A stretch of 63,772 nucleotides of DNA, counting the filler, from Lenisia limosa (lineage: Eukaryota > Protista > Breviatea): the NCBI GenBank assembly GCA_001655205.1. It is 17 parts of 17 records of this genome, joined end to end, with 100 filler letters (N's around TTAATTAATTAA, not from the genome) between each part and the next. Parts side by side here need not be neighbours in the genome. Positions count along the whole stretch, not along the records: positions 25,948 to 29,294 come from LPNZ01005778.1; positions 29,395 to 36,230 come from LPNZ01005090.1; positions 36,331 to 41,187 come from LPNZ01002905.1; 14 more parts are not named here. One strand, written 5' to 3'. This document shows positions 26,290 to 38,806 of this stretch, piece after piece. The position numbers and the translations under genes are program-made. Under the pieces are notes generated by a model. The model was not told where the DNA came from. It saw only the letters and a program-made list of their open reading frames with translations, and searched no databases. Every line of letters begins with the position of its first letter. The stretch's first letter is position 1.

Positions 26290-29184
26290 TCCTAATAGTC
26301 CCGTTGCAGCGTCCTCGATGTTTTCCCCGCCTCTCCCGCCTCTGGAGCTGAAGTCATCGCGAGGGTCGTTTTTTGGGTGGGTTATGTCGGGATGGTAAGA
26401 CTTTCCTACGACACCAACAAAGACTGAATTTCTTGAAATATCTTCAATAAACATCGATATATTTTACCAGTCTTTTTCGGACCGCAGGGAAGCCCAGGTG
26501 TAAACCTTTTTTGGAAGTGGTTTATCCATTCACTTTTCAGTGGTCTTTCAGACTTTGTTCCGCTTCAAGACGAGGTTAACATCGACTCTATCTTGGAGGA
26601 AGTGGGGAGGGGATTAGTGCAAGATAAATCTATCATATCAATTTTTGAATCATTTTCACACGTGTGAACTTTCATTTTTCACACAGTGATATGATACCTC
26701 ATATCCACTAGTGTAACACTCTGATACACTCGGGATGAACCATAGTGTTGTCTTCTTTTGTGTCGCAATGGTGAAAGAAGTTAACACTATGGTTCATCCC
26801 GAGTGTATCAGAGTGTCATTCATTTCGACAAAGTCGGTCATATAATCATGTACAAAGCTATATGGGTTAAGTATAATTAATAAATCTTTTCTACAGTGAT
26901 GGCGGCGGCGGGGGGGGGGGCTTTTTTCNNNNNNNNNNNNNNNNNNNNNNNNNNNNNNNNNNNNNNNNNNNNNNNNNNNNNNNNNNNNNNNNNNNNNNNN
27001 NNNNNNNNNNNNNNNNNAGTACGCTCAACGCCACCAAAATGACCACATCCAAACGCGAATTGAGATATCCGTCCTGGATCAAATACCACCCACCGGCACA
27101 GACAAGAGACAGCCCCCCGATACGGGCTTCGACAATGTTCCGATTTCAGCCGGGGACTTGCAACCGCGCGGCCGGCAAGGGTGGGTTACGATCATATTCC
27201 CCCTTCCGCGTCGGGGGAGGGGGAGTACAATTTACAAGAGGGCAGTTGGGATGTCCTTTATTTGAGCCTTATTTGGATGGCTCTTTTAAAAAATGTGTGT
27301 AGTTCTTAAAATTAACCTATTATGTTGATAATTTTGTTCACAAAAATACCACTTTATCCCCTTTTTATTTTTCAACAACAAACGCAATATCTCTGATAAG
27401 AGTGATGGTGTGGACGGCTTCGGCCAGATCAACCTTGTTTTTTTTTTTATTTCTCATTGCTATNNNNNNNNNNNNNNNNNNNNNNNNNNNNNNNNNNNNN
27501 NNNNNNNNTATATATATAAGATTCCCATATCCTCGTCTCTTTTTTCGATCTACAAGTAGACCCAAACAACATCATAAAACCCGCAACCCCTCCCCTCCGA
27601 CATTTTTTATCCAGAACCCCTCTTCTCTCTCTTTTTATTTTTTTTTTAATCTAGAACTAGGCCCAAACATGATGGTAGGAAAAGCCGTTCACCCTCGCCT
27701 ATTCGCCTCAAATTACCAGGTTAGTACAAGGGTGTATTATTATATTATTACTATTATTGTATTATTATTATTTTATTATATAATTAATATTATTTATCAA
27801 TTAATTGCCAATTAATTTCTTCGAAATAAACATAGCACTATAACCAATTGTGGCAATTAATTAATTAATTAATGACAAGGTGCCCTATTTATTTTTTATT
27901 TTTTTTATCTTATTATTTCTCATATTTTACCTATTAAAGGACCGCATAAACGCTTGCCTCCAGCGCAGCCATCCACACGGCCAACTAGTGCCCCTCCCCT
28001 GGTATGTTTAGGACGGTATTTGAAGTTCGGGTCATATNNNNNNNNNNNNNNNNNNNNNNNNNNNNNNNNNNNNNNNNNNNNNNNNNNNNNNNNNNNNNNN
28101 NNNNNNNNNNNNNNNNNNNNNNNNNNNNNNNNNNNNNNNNNNNNNNNNNNNNNNNNNNNNNNNNNNNNNNNNNNNNNNNNNNNNNNNNNNNNNNNNNNNN
28201 NNNNNNNNNNNNNNNNNNNNNNNNNNNNNNNNNNNNNNNNNNNNNNNNNNNNNNNNNCATACAAATACCAAACTTCCGCGCCCACTCCCTGGTGGTGGTG
28301 GGGGAGGGGGTATTAAGCGTATTCACTCCACATGTTTAATCACTCCCCATAGGTTTGAAGCCTCAGCTGACAGTAGGCCAATAGAGGAGGCTCCTGCGTC
28401 CACTGTCTTACCCACTCGCACGGGGTGGGGGGGTCTGGTGCTTTTTTTTGTTGTTACTATTTTTATTTCTATTATTATTATTTTTTTATTATTTTTATTT
28501 TATTATTTTATTATTTTTTTTGGGGGTGGGAGGAGTGATTGTTTCTTAAATACTCCATATTCACACCCCTTAAGAGGCGCAATTACAGCAGCGTTGAAAG
28601 CAAAAGACACGGGTTTCACACCCTATCATCTGGACTCTTCGCCTTCAAGTTGGTGGTGTAGTTGTGTGGTTACTAGTGTTGTTTTTGTTAGTTTTGTTGT
28701 TTTGTTCCTAATATCGATATGTTGGTTTTTTTATTATTATTGTTGCTTTTGTGTTTTTTTATATTGTTTTTTTTTTTTGTTTTTATATTGTTGTGTTTTC
28801 TGTTGCTGATGATTATATGAGTGTGTGTGAAGATGTGTTTTCTTATTGTCATTTCCCCAGAATTATTCTTATTTTTTTGTTTTTGTTTTTTGTTTTTTGT
28901 TCCATGAATTTTTTCATTTTCACTCCCCAGAAAAACACGTTCCAAAAAGAAGTCTATCCCCTGAACCCTTCAAACGCCCTGCAACAGCATCGCAAATCGA
29001 CCCCTTAGTTCAATTGGGATTCTACCAGGACAATCTTTCCCAAGATGCCAGTATTGGTGATGATAATGACGTTGACATCCCTGATGTTCCCGAATCCGTG
29101 GGTTTCAAACCTCGGAGAACGCGGACTGCACGGTCATTGCAGCTTTCCCCGAGGCAACAGGAGGATTCAAAGCAAGAGACGATG
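26290..29184 (+). CDS. Low-complexity Pro/Ser-rich hypothetical protein (partial)
   Basis: Exons DFVPLQDEVNIDSILEE, PKHDGRKSRSPSPIRLKLP, GPHKRLPPAQPSTRPTSAPPL, KHVPKRSLSPEPFKRP...QETM with canonical splice sites. Confidence 0.6.
26650..26860. repeat. Family E dispersed repeat, this copy containing a 34-bp perfect inverted repeat
   Basis: Core CAGTGATATGATACCTCATATC...CTCTGATACACTCGGGATGAACC...AAAGTCGGTCATAT shared with 39352-39530 and 50410-50582; arms 26716-26749 and 26783-26816 are exact reverse complements. Confidence 0.88.
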
Positions 29185-29544
29185 GTGAGTGTTTATTTTT
29201 TGGGATTATCATTTTCCCATTTCCCCCCAAATTATTTCTCTTTTTATTGTTTGTTTATTTCATAAATTGCTCCTCCCCCCCCAAGTGATGGGATNNNNNN
29301 NNNNNNNNNNNNNNNNNNNNNNNNNNNNNNNNNNNNNNTTAATTAATTAANNNNNNNNNNNNNNNNNNNNNNNNNNNNNNNNNNNNNNNNNNNNAAAAAA
29401 AAAAAAAGGGGGGGGGGGGGAAACTTATGGAGAAAGCAGACATTCTGATATTGGGGTACGTTATTAATCGCAACATTGACGTGAAATTGGAGTTTAAGAC
29501 ATGCATAAACAATACACCAAAAAAGCCACATACCCTCTTTTTCT

Positions 29545-32130
29545 TGAGAGAAGATCTAGCAGGTACCTTGGGCGTAACTCCTGAACAATTCAGCTAAATT
29601 CCCCTTTCATAAATAGTTTCACTCCAATATCAATCTCAATATCTTGGAACTATTACCAAACAGAGCCCAAAACACTACTACACACCACTCGGACATACCT
29701 CGAATTGAGCCCAGTTCCTGAAGACTATATCTCGGGGGGCAAACGCGTATTCAGCAAAAGAGTACAAAAGGCAGGGCTGGTCAGTAATGACGCTGTCAAG
29801 GAGTTAACAGTTTTATTCATACTTGGCAGTGCATCAAAACAAGTACCATTGATGAAATGGAACTACAAAAATGTGAAATATCACAATTCGATTGAATATT
29901 AAATGTCAGCCCCCCCCCCCACTTAATCCCAAGAGCGGTCACCATATTGCCAATGACGGAAACGGCCATAGCGGACTCGAGAAAAGAGAGCCTCATTTGG
30001 GCCAATTCGCAGAGGATGCCCACGCCGCCGTGTTGAGCCACTAACGTCGCAATAGCTGCGGGGGGGGGGGGGNNNNNNNNNNNNNNNNNNNNNNNNNNNN
30101 NNNNNNNNNNNNNNNNNNNNNNNNNNNNGTACTAATCACGAACCGAAAAATCTGAAACAAAAACAAAAAACAAACACGAGCAACCAACGCTAAAACTAGT
30201 ATAATTGGAAGATTTACGAAACAAGAAAGCCCAAATCACTCTGTTGGCTGACAGCACACAAGGGTTGATAACAAACAAAGCCCGGACCAGTCGCTTCTGC
30301 AGCTCCGCATCCAGAAAACGGACAGTTATCAAAAGAAGAAAATAGAGAAAATTCAATAACACTTTTAGTCCCTCTCACAGTCACTCTTGAGAATGAGATG
30401 GTTGAGGCAGGACACAGCGTAGAAGGGGAGGTAGATATTGTGTTGGTGGTTCAGAAAATCTGTGCTAACAGCTCGGCTGATGAAAGAAAGCTGTATGGGT
30501 AATGACTTTAACTTCCCGTGAAATATCGGTGATAATCAAGGATTTTTGAGAAATTCGGATCTCTTTTTGGAAATATGCGCAGATAAAGAATATTTCCGTC
30601 AATCATACTTGCACAATCTATCCAAAGCCTACAAATACGGGAACCGTGATGTACGCAATTCGAACGTCGATATTTTGCGGANNNNNNNNNNNNNNNNNNN
30701 NNNNNNNNNNNNNNNNNNNNNNNNNNNNNNNNNNNNNNNNNNNNNNNNNNNNNNNNNNNNNNNNNNNNNNNNNNNNNNNNNNNNNNNNNNNNNNNNNNNN
30801 NNNNNNNNNNNNNNNNNNNNNNNNNNNNNNNNNNNNNNNNNNNTCTGTTATCTCCCCTCACATATCAGAGTATTTCTTGTAGCATGCAGACATCCAGTAG
30901 ACACAGGATGCAGCACTGGTCTTCATCTAAAATAGTAAAACAGAGAAAGGGAAGACTATCACACTGTTTGACGGCTGGATTCGCTACAGCAGTATTATAT
31001 TATTTAAATCTTTCCAAGAGGCTACCAGGAGGTCTCTTCAGAAATATGTACCTCTTCAACCTGCTATTGATATGCGTAATTAAAATGTAGTAACTGATCG
31101 AAGCCGTTCACCACAAAAAGATTCATTCTCTCGAAGAGGGAGGAAACGAAATAATTCAACTCCTTCATATTTGTAGTTGTTTGATACTCAATAGCAATGG
31201 TGAATCTCTTCAATTCGTTGCATGAAGGATGAGGTAAACCCCAAAGATCAACCCACATCTGCTTCAACAAAGGTTTTTAGAAGGTTAATCGTCTTGTGAT
31301 CGTGAGTATATTCAAAGTCAGGCTAAAATGGTAAGTAAGAGAGCCTTGGAGGAGAAGCGGGAACAAACATGCATTATTTCCCTGAAAGCAGAGAGGGTAT
31401 CTTTTGGCTGGTGATAACTCATCATGCTTTTTCTATTTGAAACAATGGCTTCGCGGGCCCCAGTAAGGGCTTCAGTAGGAGGAATCATAATAACCAGGCT
31501 ACTTCAGAAGATGCTGTAAGCAGTATTGGGTGAGATTCCGTGAATGTCAACCTCAGACACAATGAGTTGGGCAGAAAAGAGGGAAGGAGGAAAAGAGCCT
31601 TCAATTGCGCCACGTTGAGCGTAAATATAAGCAACAGAGAGAACTCAAAAAACCTTTCACAGTCGACAAGAGCTACTCAGGAAGCTGTAAAAATCATAAT
31701 CAAACGGAGTTTTAATAATTTATTCAGTGTGTTATCTTGTGCTTCTGCTTGCTTATCAATTTTGTTGCTCTCCCAGCTCTAATTGAGAAGATGTTTATCA
31801 ATGAGGATGGATAGAGAGAGATTTTTGGCAATTCTCCGCTTCACAGTCCCCCTCCTCTGCTCTTGGTATGTGAGAGTTTCAGTCTACCAAGTCCAAGACT
31901 TTAATTTATTGTAAACCAAAGTGATTCCTATAGATTGTTTTCCTTGCAGAACTAACCGGTCAGGTGGGGTAAAGAGGCAGTCAAACGCATATTTTTAGAA
32001 TCCAACTTCCAAAGTCTGTTCTACGCTCTTTTCAGTGACTTGCGACATCAGACAGTGGGGGTGTCCGGGTGCGACAATTACATTTGGCTTCAACATGGAA
32101 ACAATTAATGGAGCAATTTTATATCACGTG
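29545..32130 (-). CDS. Hypothetical helical (ARM-like) protein, partial
   Basis: Minus exon AIATLVAQHGGVGILCELAQMRLSFLESAMAVSVIGNMVTALGI and other short spliced segments; upstream structure unresolved. Confidence 0.45.
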
Positions 32131-32615
32131 TATTATCTTCTTGACAGTCAGAATTGGCTGGAAAATATTTGTATAAATAAACCCCGTATAGTATTTTATT
32201 CATTTCATCCCAAGTCTATTGGTCACAAGCTTATGGAATGAGTGATTTGTTAAGTCTTCACAAAAATTTACAAAATATAAATGTTTGATCTCGTTTGTAA
32301 CCTGTACAGATCACAATGACATCTCTTCAGTCAACTGCTATGGTGGGCTTCAAAGTATCCATGATTAATTCAGAGACCCTCGTTTGCTGTGCTGCTCTAT
32401 TTTGGACCTTTTTTTTTGACATTGTTTAGCGAATTAAAGAACCTGGGAAACAGGTCACCCCAACAAGGCGATGTACAACCCCCTCTTCTTCGCACAATGT
32501 CACCGATAACTTAACTCCCTCCTGTATTACAAGTCCCACAGATTCCTACCCTCCTTCCTCAATCTCAAACCCATCTCCCGCATCCTCCATCTCGCAACCC
32601 TCCACTCCGTCCCAA

Positions 32616-34851
32616 ATGGTGAACATTTCATTCCCAACCCACTCGCCTTCAAAGCCTCCTCAGGCCGAACCAGCCGCCCTGGTCAAGTCCTCCTCTACGA
32701 CTGAACCACAGACAGAAGCCGCGCGATCTGAGAGATCTGAGAGATCCAGGTTCACGCTGGAGGTGGAACCGATTGGCTTTGTCGAAAGCTGTTTCAGAGA
32801 AAGATTTGGTAGGGACCATAATGGTACTGATGTATTACACACATTATAGCTAACAGACTGTTTGTGGTTAGTTTTGACTGCAAAAATCATCTTTGCTTCC
32901 AGAGTCGGTCAAAAAATTTTCATCACTGTAGATTTTGAGAGACATCAGGGGCAGTTTTACGTACAATTATTTTACTTTTCCGATAAGTAATAATAATATA
33001 TCAGTCATTTTTTGGACCGAGCGTCATCGCAAGCCATACACATGATCTTGAAGTTTTATTTTCAGTTGTGTTCTAATATGTAGGGTGCCCAAGACAAGGC
33101 GCCTTGGTGCCGGCTTCGAAGGGTCGTATACAGTTCGAGAAATGTTGGTTGTGTCTAATGGCGGACAGGCTTTAAGAATTATGTTTATCGAAAGATCAAA
33201 AGATGAAGATTTTTTCAGTTTGTTTGAACCAATAATCTTTGATTTGGATAGATTACGCTTAATATTAAACGCTGGATAGACTGAGATTACCATTTTTAGC
33301 TATGGGGGGAGAGTCCCTTTGCGATGGACTGTCAGACTTCTCCCATGTCTGGGTAATGTACCTCTTCCATACCAACACCAACATGCATAAGGTGAGCTAG
33401 AACTAATAAAACGTAAAGTAACTACCACATATTTTCCACTATTCTTTATATTTATCTTAATTGGGCCGTTTAGTTATATTTTTGTTAACATGGCTAATTT
33501 CTGAAGTCGGACCGAACAACGAAAGTCCGTCCACCTAAAATGGAAGGCTCCAAGACTGGTGGGTCAATGTGAATGAATATCTTCTAATTGTTGCTCTTGT
33601 CGTTTTCATCTCTTTCGTTTTTGGTTCTTTGTGACTACTTAATCCTTCCAATAGGCCAGTTAGCCTGCCGAAGCCCCCACAGGCCTAACCCCCTTGGCTT
33701 GACCCTCTGCAAGCTTGACAAAGTCTATGGGAGCACCTTGTTCATTTCGGGACTAGACCTCATTGATGGTACCCCGGTAAGACCTGGGTATATTGGATGC
33801 CTTTTGGAGGTTGCACCAATAAATGTCGCAATCACTTTTTGAGTTTTATTCCTAAACAATTGTGAACCCATGAAGGTCGTCGATGTTAAGCCCTACCTAC
33901 CAATGTACGAGGCCATACCCACTGCCTCAGCGCCCGACTGGCTCTCTCATGTACCAAAAATCAAGTTGGTTATCTTGAGATCCTATTACAAGTAACTAGT
34001 TGTGAATTTTTAAGAGAGATGTCAATTATAATCTACCTACCCTTTAATTTGTTGACAACTCAGTGACATTTGGTTTACAAGCGCTGCGGAAGAACAGCTG
34101 AAGGCCTCAGAAAAGTCTTTGAATTTATTTAGCTCGGTATGCAGGGCACTAATGGGTTGATCGTATGGATATGTTATACTATATTATACAGAGGCAAGGT
34201 GCTATTATATGATGCAGTGCTTCGGAATCACATATGATATTCCCACCCAAGTTCGGTACAGTGGATTATTAGTTAGTAATCTCATTTTGGTTGTTTTTGG
34301 TTTATCGTCACCATTCACCCTCCTTTTTAATATAATTTTTTTCAATTTTATCCCCTCCCCCAGTGTGATGAGATCAAAAAGGCCCTTATTGAGAGTCTAA
34401 GTCTCGACCCCCGCACAACATTCCGCAACAAGCGTGGCAAGCCTGGTGGAGGGAAGCAGCATGTGTCTCGCCTGGATACATTGACGTTCAACTGGCATGC
34501 TGGTTGGTGGTTATAAAGGTTGTGAGGATTGAAGTGTTCGCCTTTGTTGAGCCATTTTACCGTCTCTTTTGAAATGTTAGAATATGTATTTGGGGTTTTT
34601 TTTTTTGATCGAAATGAAGTGCTGTAGCCCTAATATCAACTCAACTTAGTTTCAGGAGCATTGACAATGTAGAACGTCTTGATGGATCTGAAGTGTTATG
34701 GGGCGACGACCCAAGTCTACTAGCAATTGTGATTGAGAGTGTGTCTGCCGTTTCTCCCAAGACCACAGGCAAAAAAGCAAATGTGGGTTGTGGTTTGTTG
34801 AAGTGTAGGATCAGGGTTTTGATTGATTCAACCATTTATACCATAATATAG
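32616..34851 (+). CDS. TRMO: tRNA (adenine(37)-N6)-methyltransferase TRMO/TsaA
   Basis: Spliced EPIGFVESCFRERFGCPRQG...DGLSDFSHVWVMYLFH...KVRPPKMEGSKTGQLACRSPHRPNPLGLTLCKLDKV...ISGLDLIDGTPVVDVKPY: TsaA signature motifs. Possible extra upstream exons near 32315; last exon uncertain. Confidence 0.95.
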
Positions 34852-35289
34852 GACAAGTACATAATAGAATACAATTTTCAGCCTCCTGCAATTTAGTGCG
34901 CAACACAAATTTCTGTAGATAAATAAACAGTGTTTACAAGATCAATAGATCTATATTATTACATGTAACAAAAATAACATTGCATATTGTTTCTCAAGGA
35001 GTTGAATTATCTTTGAATACTCTAATTCCCTTCAGACCATCGTTAAAGATACCTCCATAAAGCCTGCTAAAAAAGCCAGGAGTAATCCCTCAGAAAACGG
35101 TCCGACGTTTCAGGTTTGGAGGATGGCAAAGGGCTTCACTTTGTACCAATGATACATTTGAAAAGTAGGATTTATATTATTTGATTATTCATTATAACGT
35201 ACACTTTTTGGGCCTTATCATTTATAATTGTTGATGTTTATGTCACAAAAAAAGTAATACAACACTGATTACGATTGACTGCATTCGCA

Positions 35290-36119
35290 GTCGCCATCAC
35301 TCGAAAGTGCCACAACGACTCCTGAAGCTGTCCGCCCCCCTCAGCCAGAACCTCAACCCACGTGAGCTTGATATGCCAAGTTGTTTATTGGGGGCAACAC
35401 GGTCATATTGAAACATGTCTTATGTAAAGGTAATTACTCTTTTACATATTTCTCTTTGTCTCTCATATTACAATATTAGGTCTGCCCATCTGTCAAGGCC
35501 ACAGGCATCTCCAATCTTGGATGCGTCAGAACCTCTCTCAGCTTCCGATCTCACTATGTCGAGAAAGGTTTGCTTGTAAGTAGAATATACTATAATATAG
35601 GATATTATATCATATCGATATGATATTTTTATATAATGTAATGTATATCATATAATATATCAAATACATATGATATATTCAATATATGATATCGATATTG
35701 ATATATTGGTTACATCATCCATCAGTGACTTTTTTTTTTCAAGTTTTATGCTGTCAGATTTGTCTCATATTTTTTCCATTTATCCCCCCCCCCCCNNNNN
35801 NNNNNNNNNNNNNNNNNNNNNNNNNNNNNNNNNNNNNNNNNNNNNNNNNNNNNNNNNNNNNNNNNNNNNNNNNNNNNNNNNNNNNNNNNNNNNNNNNNNN
35901 NNNNNNNNNNNNNNNNNNNNNNNNNNNNNNNNNNNNNNNNNNNNNNNNNNNNNNNNNNNNNNNNNNNNGGGCGGTAGATACCCCATTTAGCAATATATCA
36001 GCACTTTTGAACTTCTAACCTTGTGAACATTATAATTATTGCAGCAAGTCAAACAATGACATCTTTTAGTCTACCCCACCCCAGCACAACCCCTCACCAG
36101 TACCGTCAAGCCCCCCAAG
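35290..36119 (+). CDS. Pro/Ser-rich hypothetical protein fragment
   Basis: Three GT-AG exons (SPSLESATTTPEAVRPPQPEPQP; SAHLSRPQASPILDASEP; STPPQHNPSPVPSSPP). Confidence 0.45.
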
Positions 36120-36539
36120 GTGGGTGACATTGGGAATGGAAATTTTGAAAGTGGAACCATTTCAATCGTTGATGGATTCAATCTTATTATTCAGAATTTA
36201 ACTTTTATCCAGCATAGGTGACCATACATANNNNNNNNNNNNNNNNNNNNNNNNNNNNNNNNNNNNNNNNNNNNTTAATTAATTAANNNNNNNNNNNNNN
36301 NNNNNNNNNNNNNNNNNNNNNNNNNNNNNNTATCATACCTCCCTCCCCTCACCATGACCTATCATTTGGGCTTCCACGGTCCCAAAAACGACTAAATCTC
36401 TCGATAAATCCTCGATGAATATCGATATTTTACCGGTCTTTTTCGGACTTATCATCAACCACCAATAACTCAACTAACTTACTCCACCTAAATCTCTACT
36501 CATATGCCAACTCACCATAACCTCAATGTCATTCACACC

Positions 36540-38605
36540 GACACGAACGAGGCTGAGAGCGTCCGCGCCAAGGGTCTGATTTCCCGTCCAAAACCCAGCA
36601 ATATTCAGGCAGTCATTGAAGGTCTCGGGTGTGGCCAGGTAATGCTGGCGGAGTGAAAGGAAGGAAATTTTTGAAACAAAAAACCTGGAAAAGGGAGGAG
36701 CGAAAATGGAACAACCTCAAAAAAAAAGAGGGGAGGGGGAGAAAAGTTGGAAAATTTATGAAACAAAAAAACCCAAATCAATTCCGTTGGCTAACAACAC
36801 ACGAGGGTTGATAACAACAAAACAAACAAATCCCAGGCCAGTCTCCAGCGTTCAGAAGGGGAGAGTGAAAATGGAACAACCGCAAAAATGGGGGTGGAGG
36901 GGGATATGATGATGTTTTAGTTGGGAGGGAACAATAATATTTGAGAAATACGAGAGTTGAAAAACAAAACAACGCTACAGCTGTGGAGAATAACAGGTAG
37001 GGCTTCCCTCCGATCCAGAAAATGATAAATCCTCGATAAATATCGATAGTGTGTCTGTCTTATTCGCCTGACGCCCTACTTACAGTGGTGTGGGTGGTGG
37101 AGAATAACGCGCATGCAGCCACGGCCTGCTCAAACGTGGTGTAGACTAGCTCCTCAGAATCACGGTAGAAACACCAGTTCCCAGAATCTGACACGCTGAA
37201 ATGCATGAAAAAGACAATCGAATCGGTTTAAAAAATGAGCAGAGGAAGCCCTGAGTTAATTAACCATACAAACACGATACTGCCCTCGTACACTCCATGG
37301 TAATTTTGTTTACAGTTGTGCTCGAAAAACTAAAAAGGTGAGTTGAATGCGGGAGGGGAGAGAGTAAAGATGGAAAATTTATGAAAAAAATAAAAACTCC
37401 CAGAATCAACCCTGTTGGCTAGCATTTGGGAAACACAAAAGGGTTGAAAGTAGGGCTTCACTGTGGTTCAAAATAAGACTGAATTTCTCGATAACTCCTC
37501 GAAAACTATCGATATTTGACCGGTATTTTTCGAACCGAAGTTTTTCGAACCGAAATGAAGCCGTAGTTGAAAGAAACAAGCNNNNNNNNNNNNNNNNNNN
37601 NNNNNNNNNNNNNNNNNNNNNNNNNNNNNNNNNNNNNNNNNNNNNNNNNNNNNNNNNNNNNNNNNNNNNNNCCAAAAAAGACTCAATTCTCGATAAATCC
37701 TCGGTAAATATCGACATTTTATCGGTCGTTTGGAAACGAAAGTGAAGCTCTAATATGCATCTTAACACAGACAAAAGAATGTGTTCTAGAGTCAAACAAC
37801 ACACAAACATAGAGCAAAGCCCTGCCCAAACCTTGGCGTTATAATCAACAGATTCCAACGATTCCTGAAGAAGTGAGAGAGGCCTATTTACCCAAGGCAA
37901 AATCGACAAAAAAGAGAGCCGAAACAAATAAAGCAGTTGTACACCCCCCAATTAATATTATTGTTTTTATGACTTTACTCTGATCCAAAAAATGACTGAA
38001 TGTCTCGATAAATCATCGCCATATTTCGATAAATCATCGCCATATTTCGATAAATCATCGGTTTCTTGCGGATTGAAGCCATAATAGTCTTGTTCGGAGC
38101 TGTCAACTACAGTCTCCAATTCATCATGAAAACTTCAAAGTTATCATTGATAATTATAATTGCCCCCCTCAGACCTTTAGACCAACAAGAGTTGAATTGA
38201 GGGTTGAGATTGTGGGGCTGACAATCTCTCCAGTAGCCTCAATATCGCCAGCAACAGAGAGGGAGGCGGATATCTGCAGTGCAATATTAGTATGACTCTG
38301 TACAAAAAACTAGAAGTGGGAGGAGGTCAACAAGTTTATCCCAAGAGTGGGACATTGTAACGAGAACTCCATTTCAGACACAAATGTTGTCAATAAAATA
38401 TTGCACAGGATTAACATTGATGAGAAGCATCGAGATAATGATGTCGCTATTCGCTATTGAGAGTTGAATAGAGAACAGGATCAGGGGTGTGAGATGAGAA
38501 GAAAGACCAACCCACTCGAGTTGCGCCAGGAGACTCCATTACATAAGCCAGTGCAACTGTAAAGAGGCTGATAACAAGGAGAAGGAGGCTCATTACGGAA
38601 GACAT
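36540..38605 (-). CDS. Secreted C-type lectin domain protein (3'-partial)
   Basis: Signal peptide MSSVMSLLLLVISLFTVALA (ATG 38605); later exons SGNWCFYRDSEELVYTTFEQAVAACALFSTTHTT-LATPETFNDCLNIAGFWTG fit the CTLD pattern C.Y....(W/F)..A...C......LA....W.G. Confidence 0.7.
37451..37565. mobile_element. Family A hAT-type MITE with 8-bp TSD GTTGAAAG
   Basis: TSD 37443-37450 and 37566-37573; TIRs as in other copies, with an internal duplication of the right TIR. Confidence 0.9.
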
Positions 38606-38806
38606 TGGTAAAACAAGACACTTCCTGAATTTTGGGTCATTGATATCCAGTCTATTACCATTTTCGAAATTACTCCAATGTTCCTTTTCATCCGAGATAT
38701 CTTCTTTTCCCCTCCTCTTTATTGCTTATTATTAAGAAGAAGAATAAAGCACGTGGAAGAAAGAGAGAAATCAAGCAATCAATTCTAAATTTTTGTGTTC
38801 ACAGCT

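Noticed and set aside
27850-27875. TTAATTAATTAA-like run not flanked by N
   Set aside because: Simple AT-rich low-complexity intron sequence; no supporting structure.
32345-32370. GTATCC donor resembling a U12-type 5' splice site
   Set aside because: Sequence is GTATCCAT, not GTATCCTT, and no TCCTTAAC branch site was seen; no evidence for minor introns in this window.
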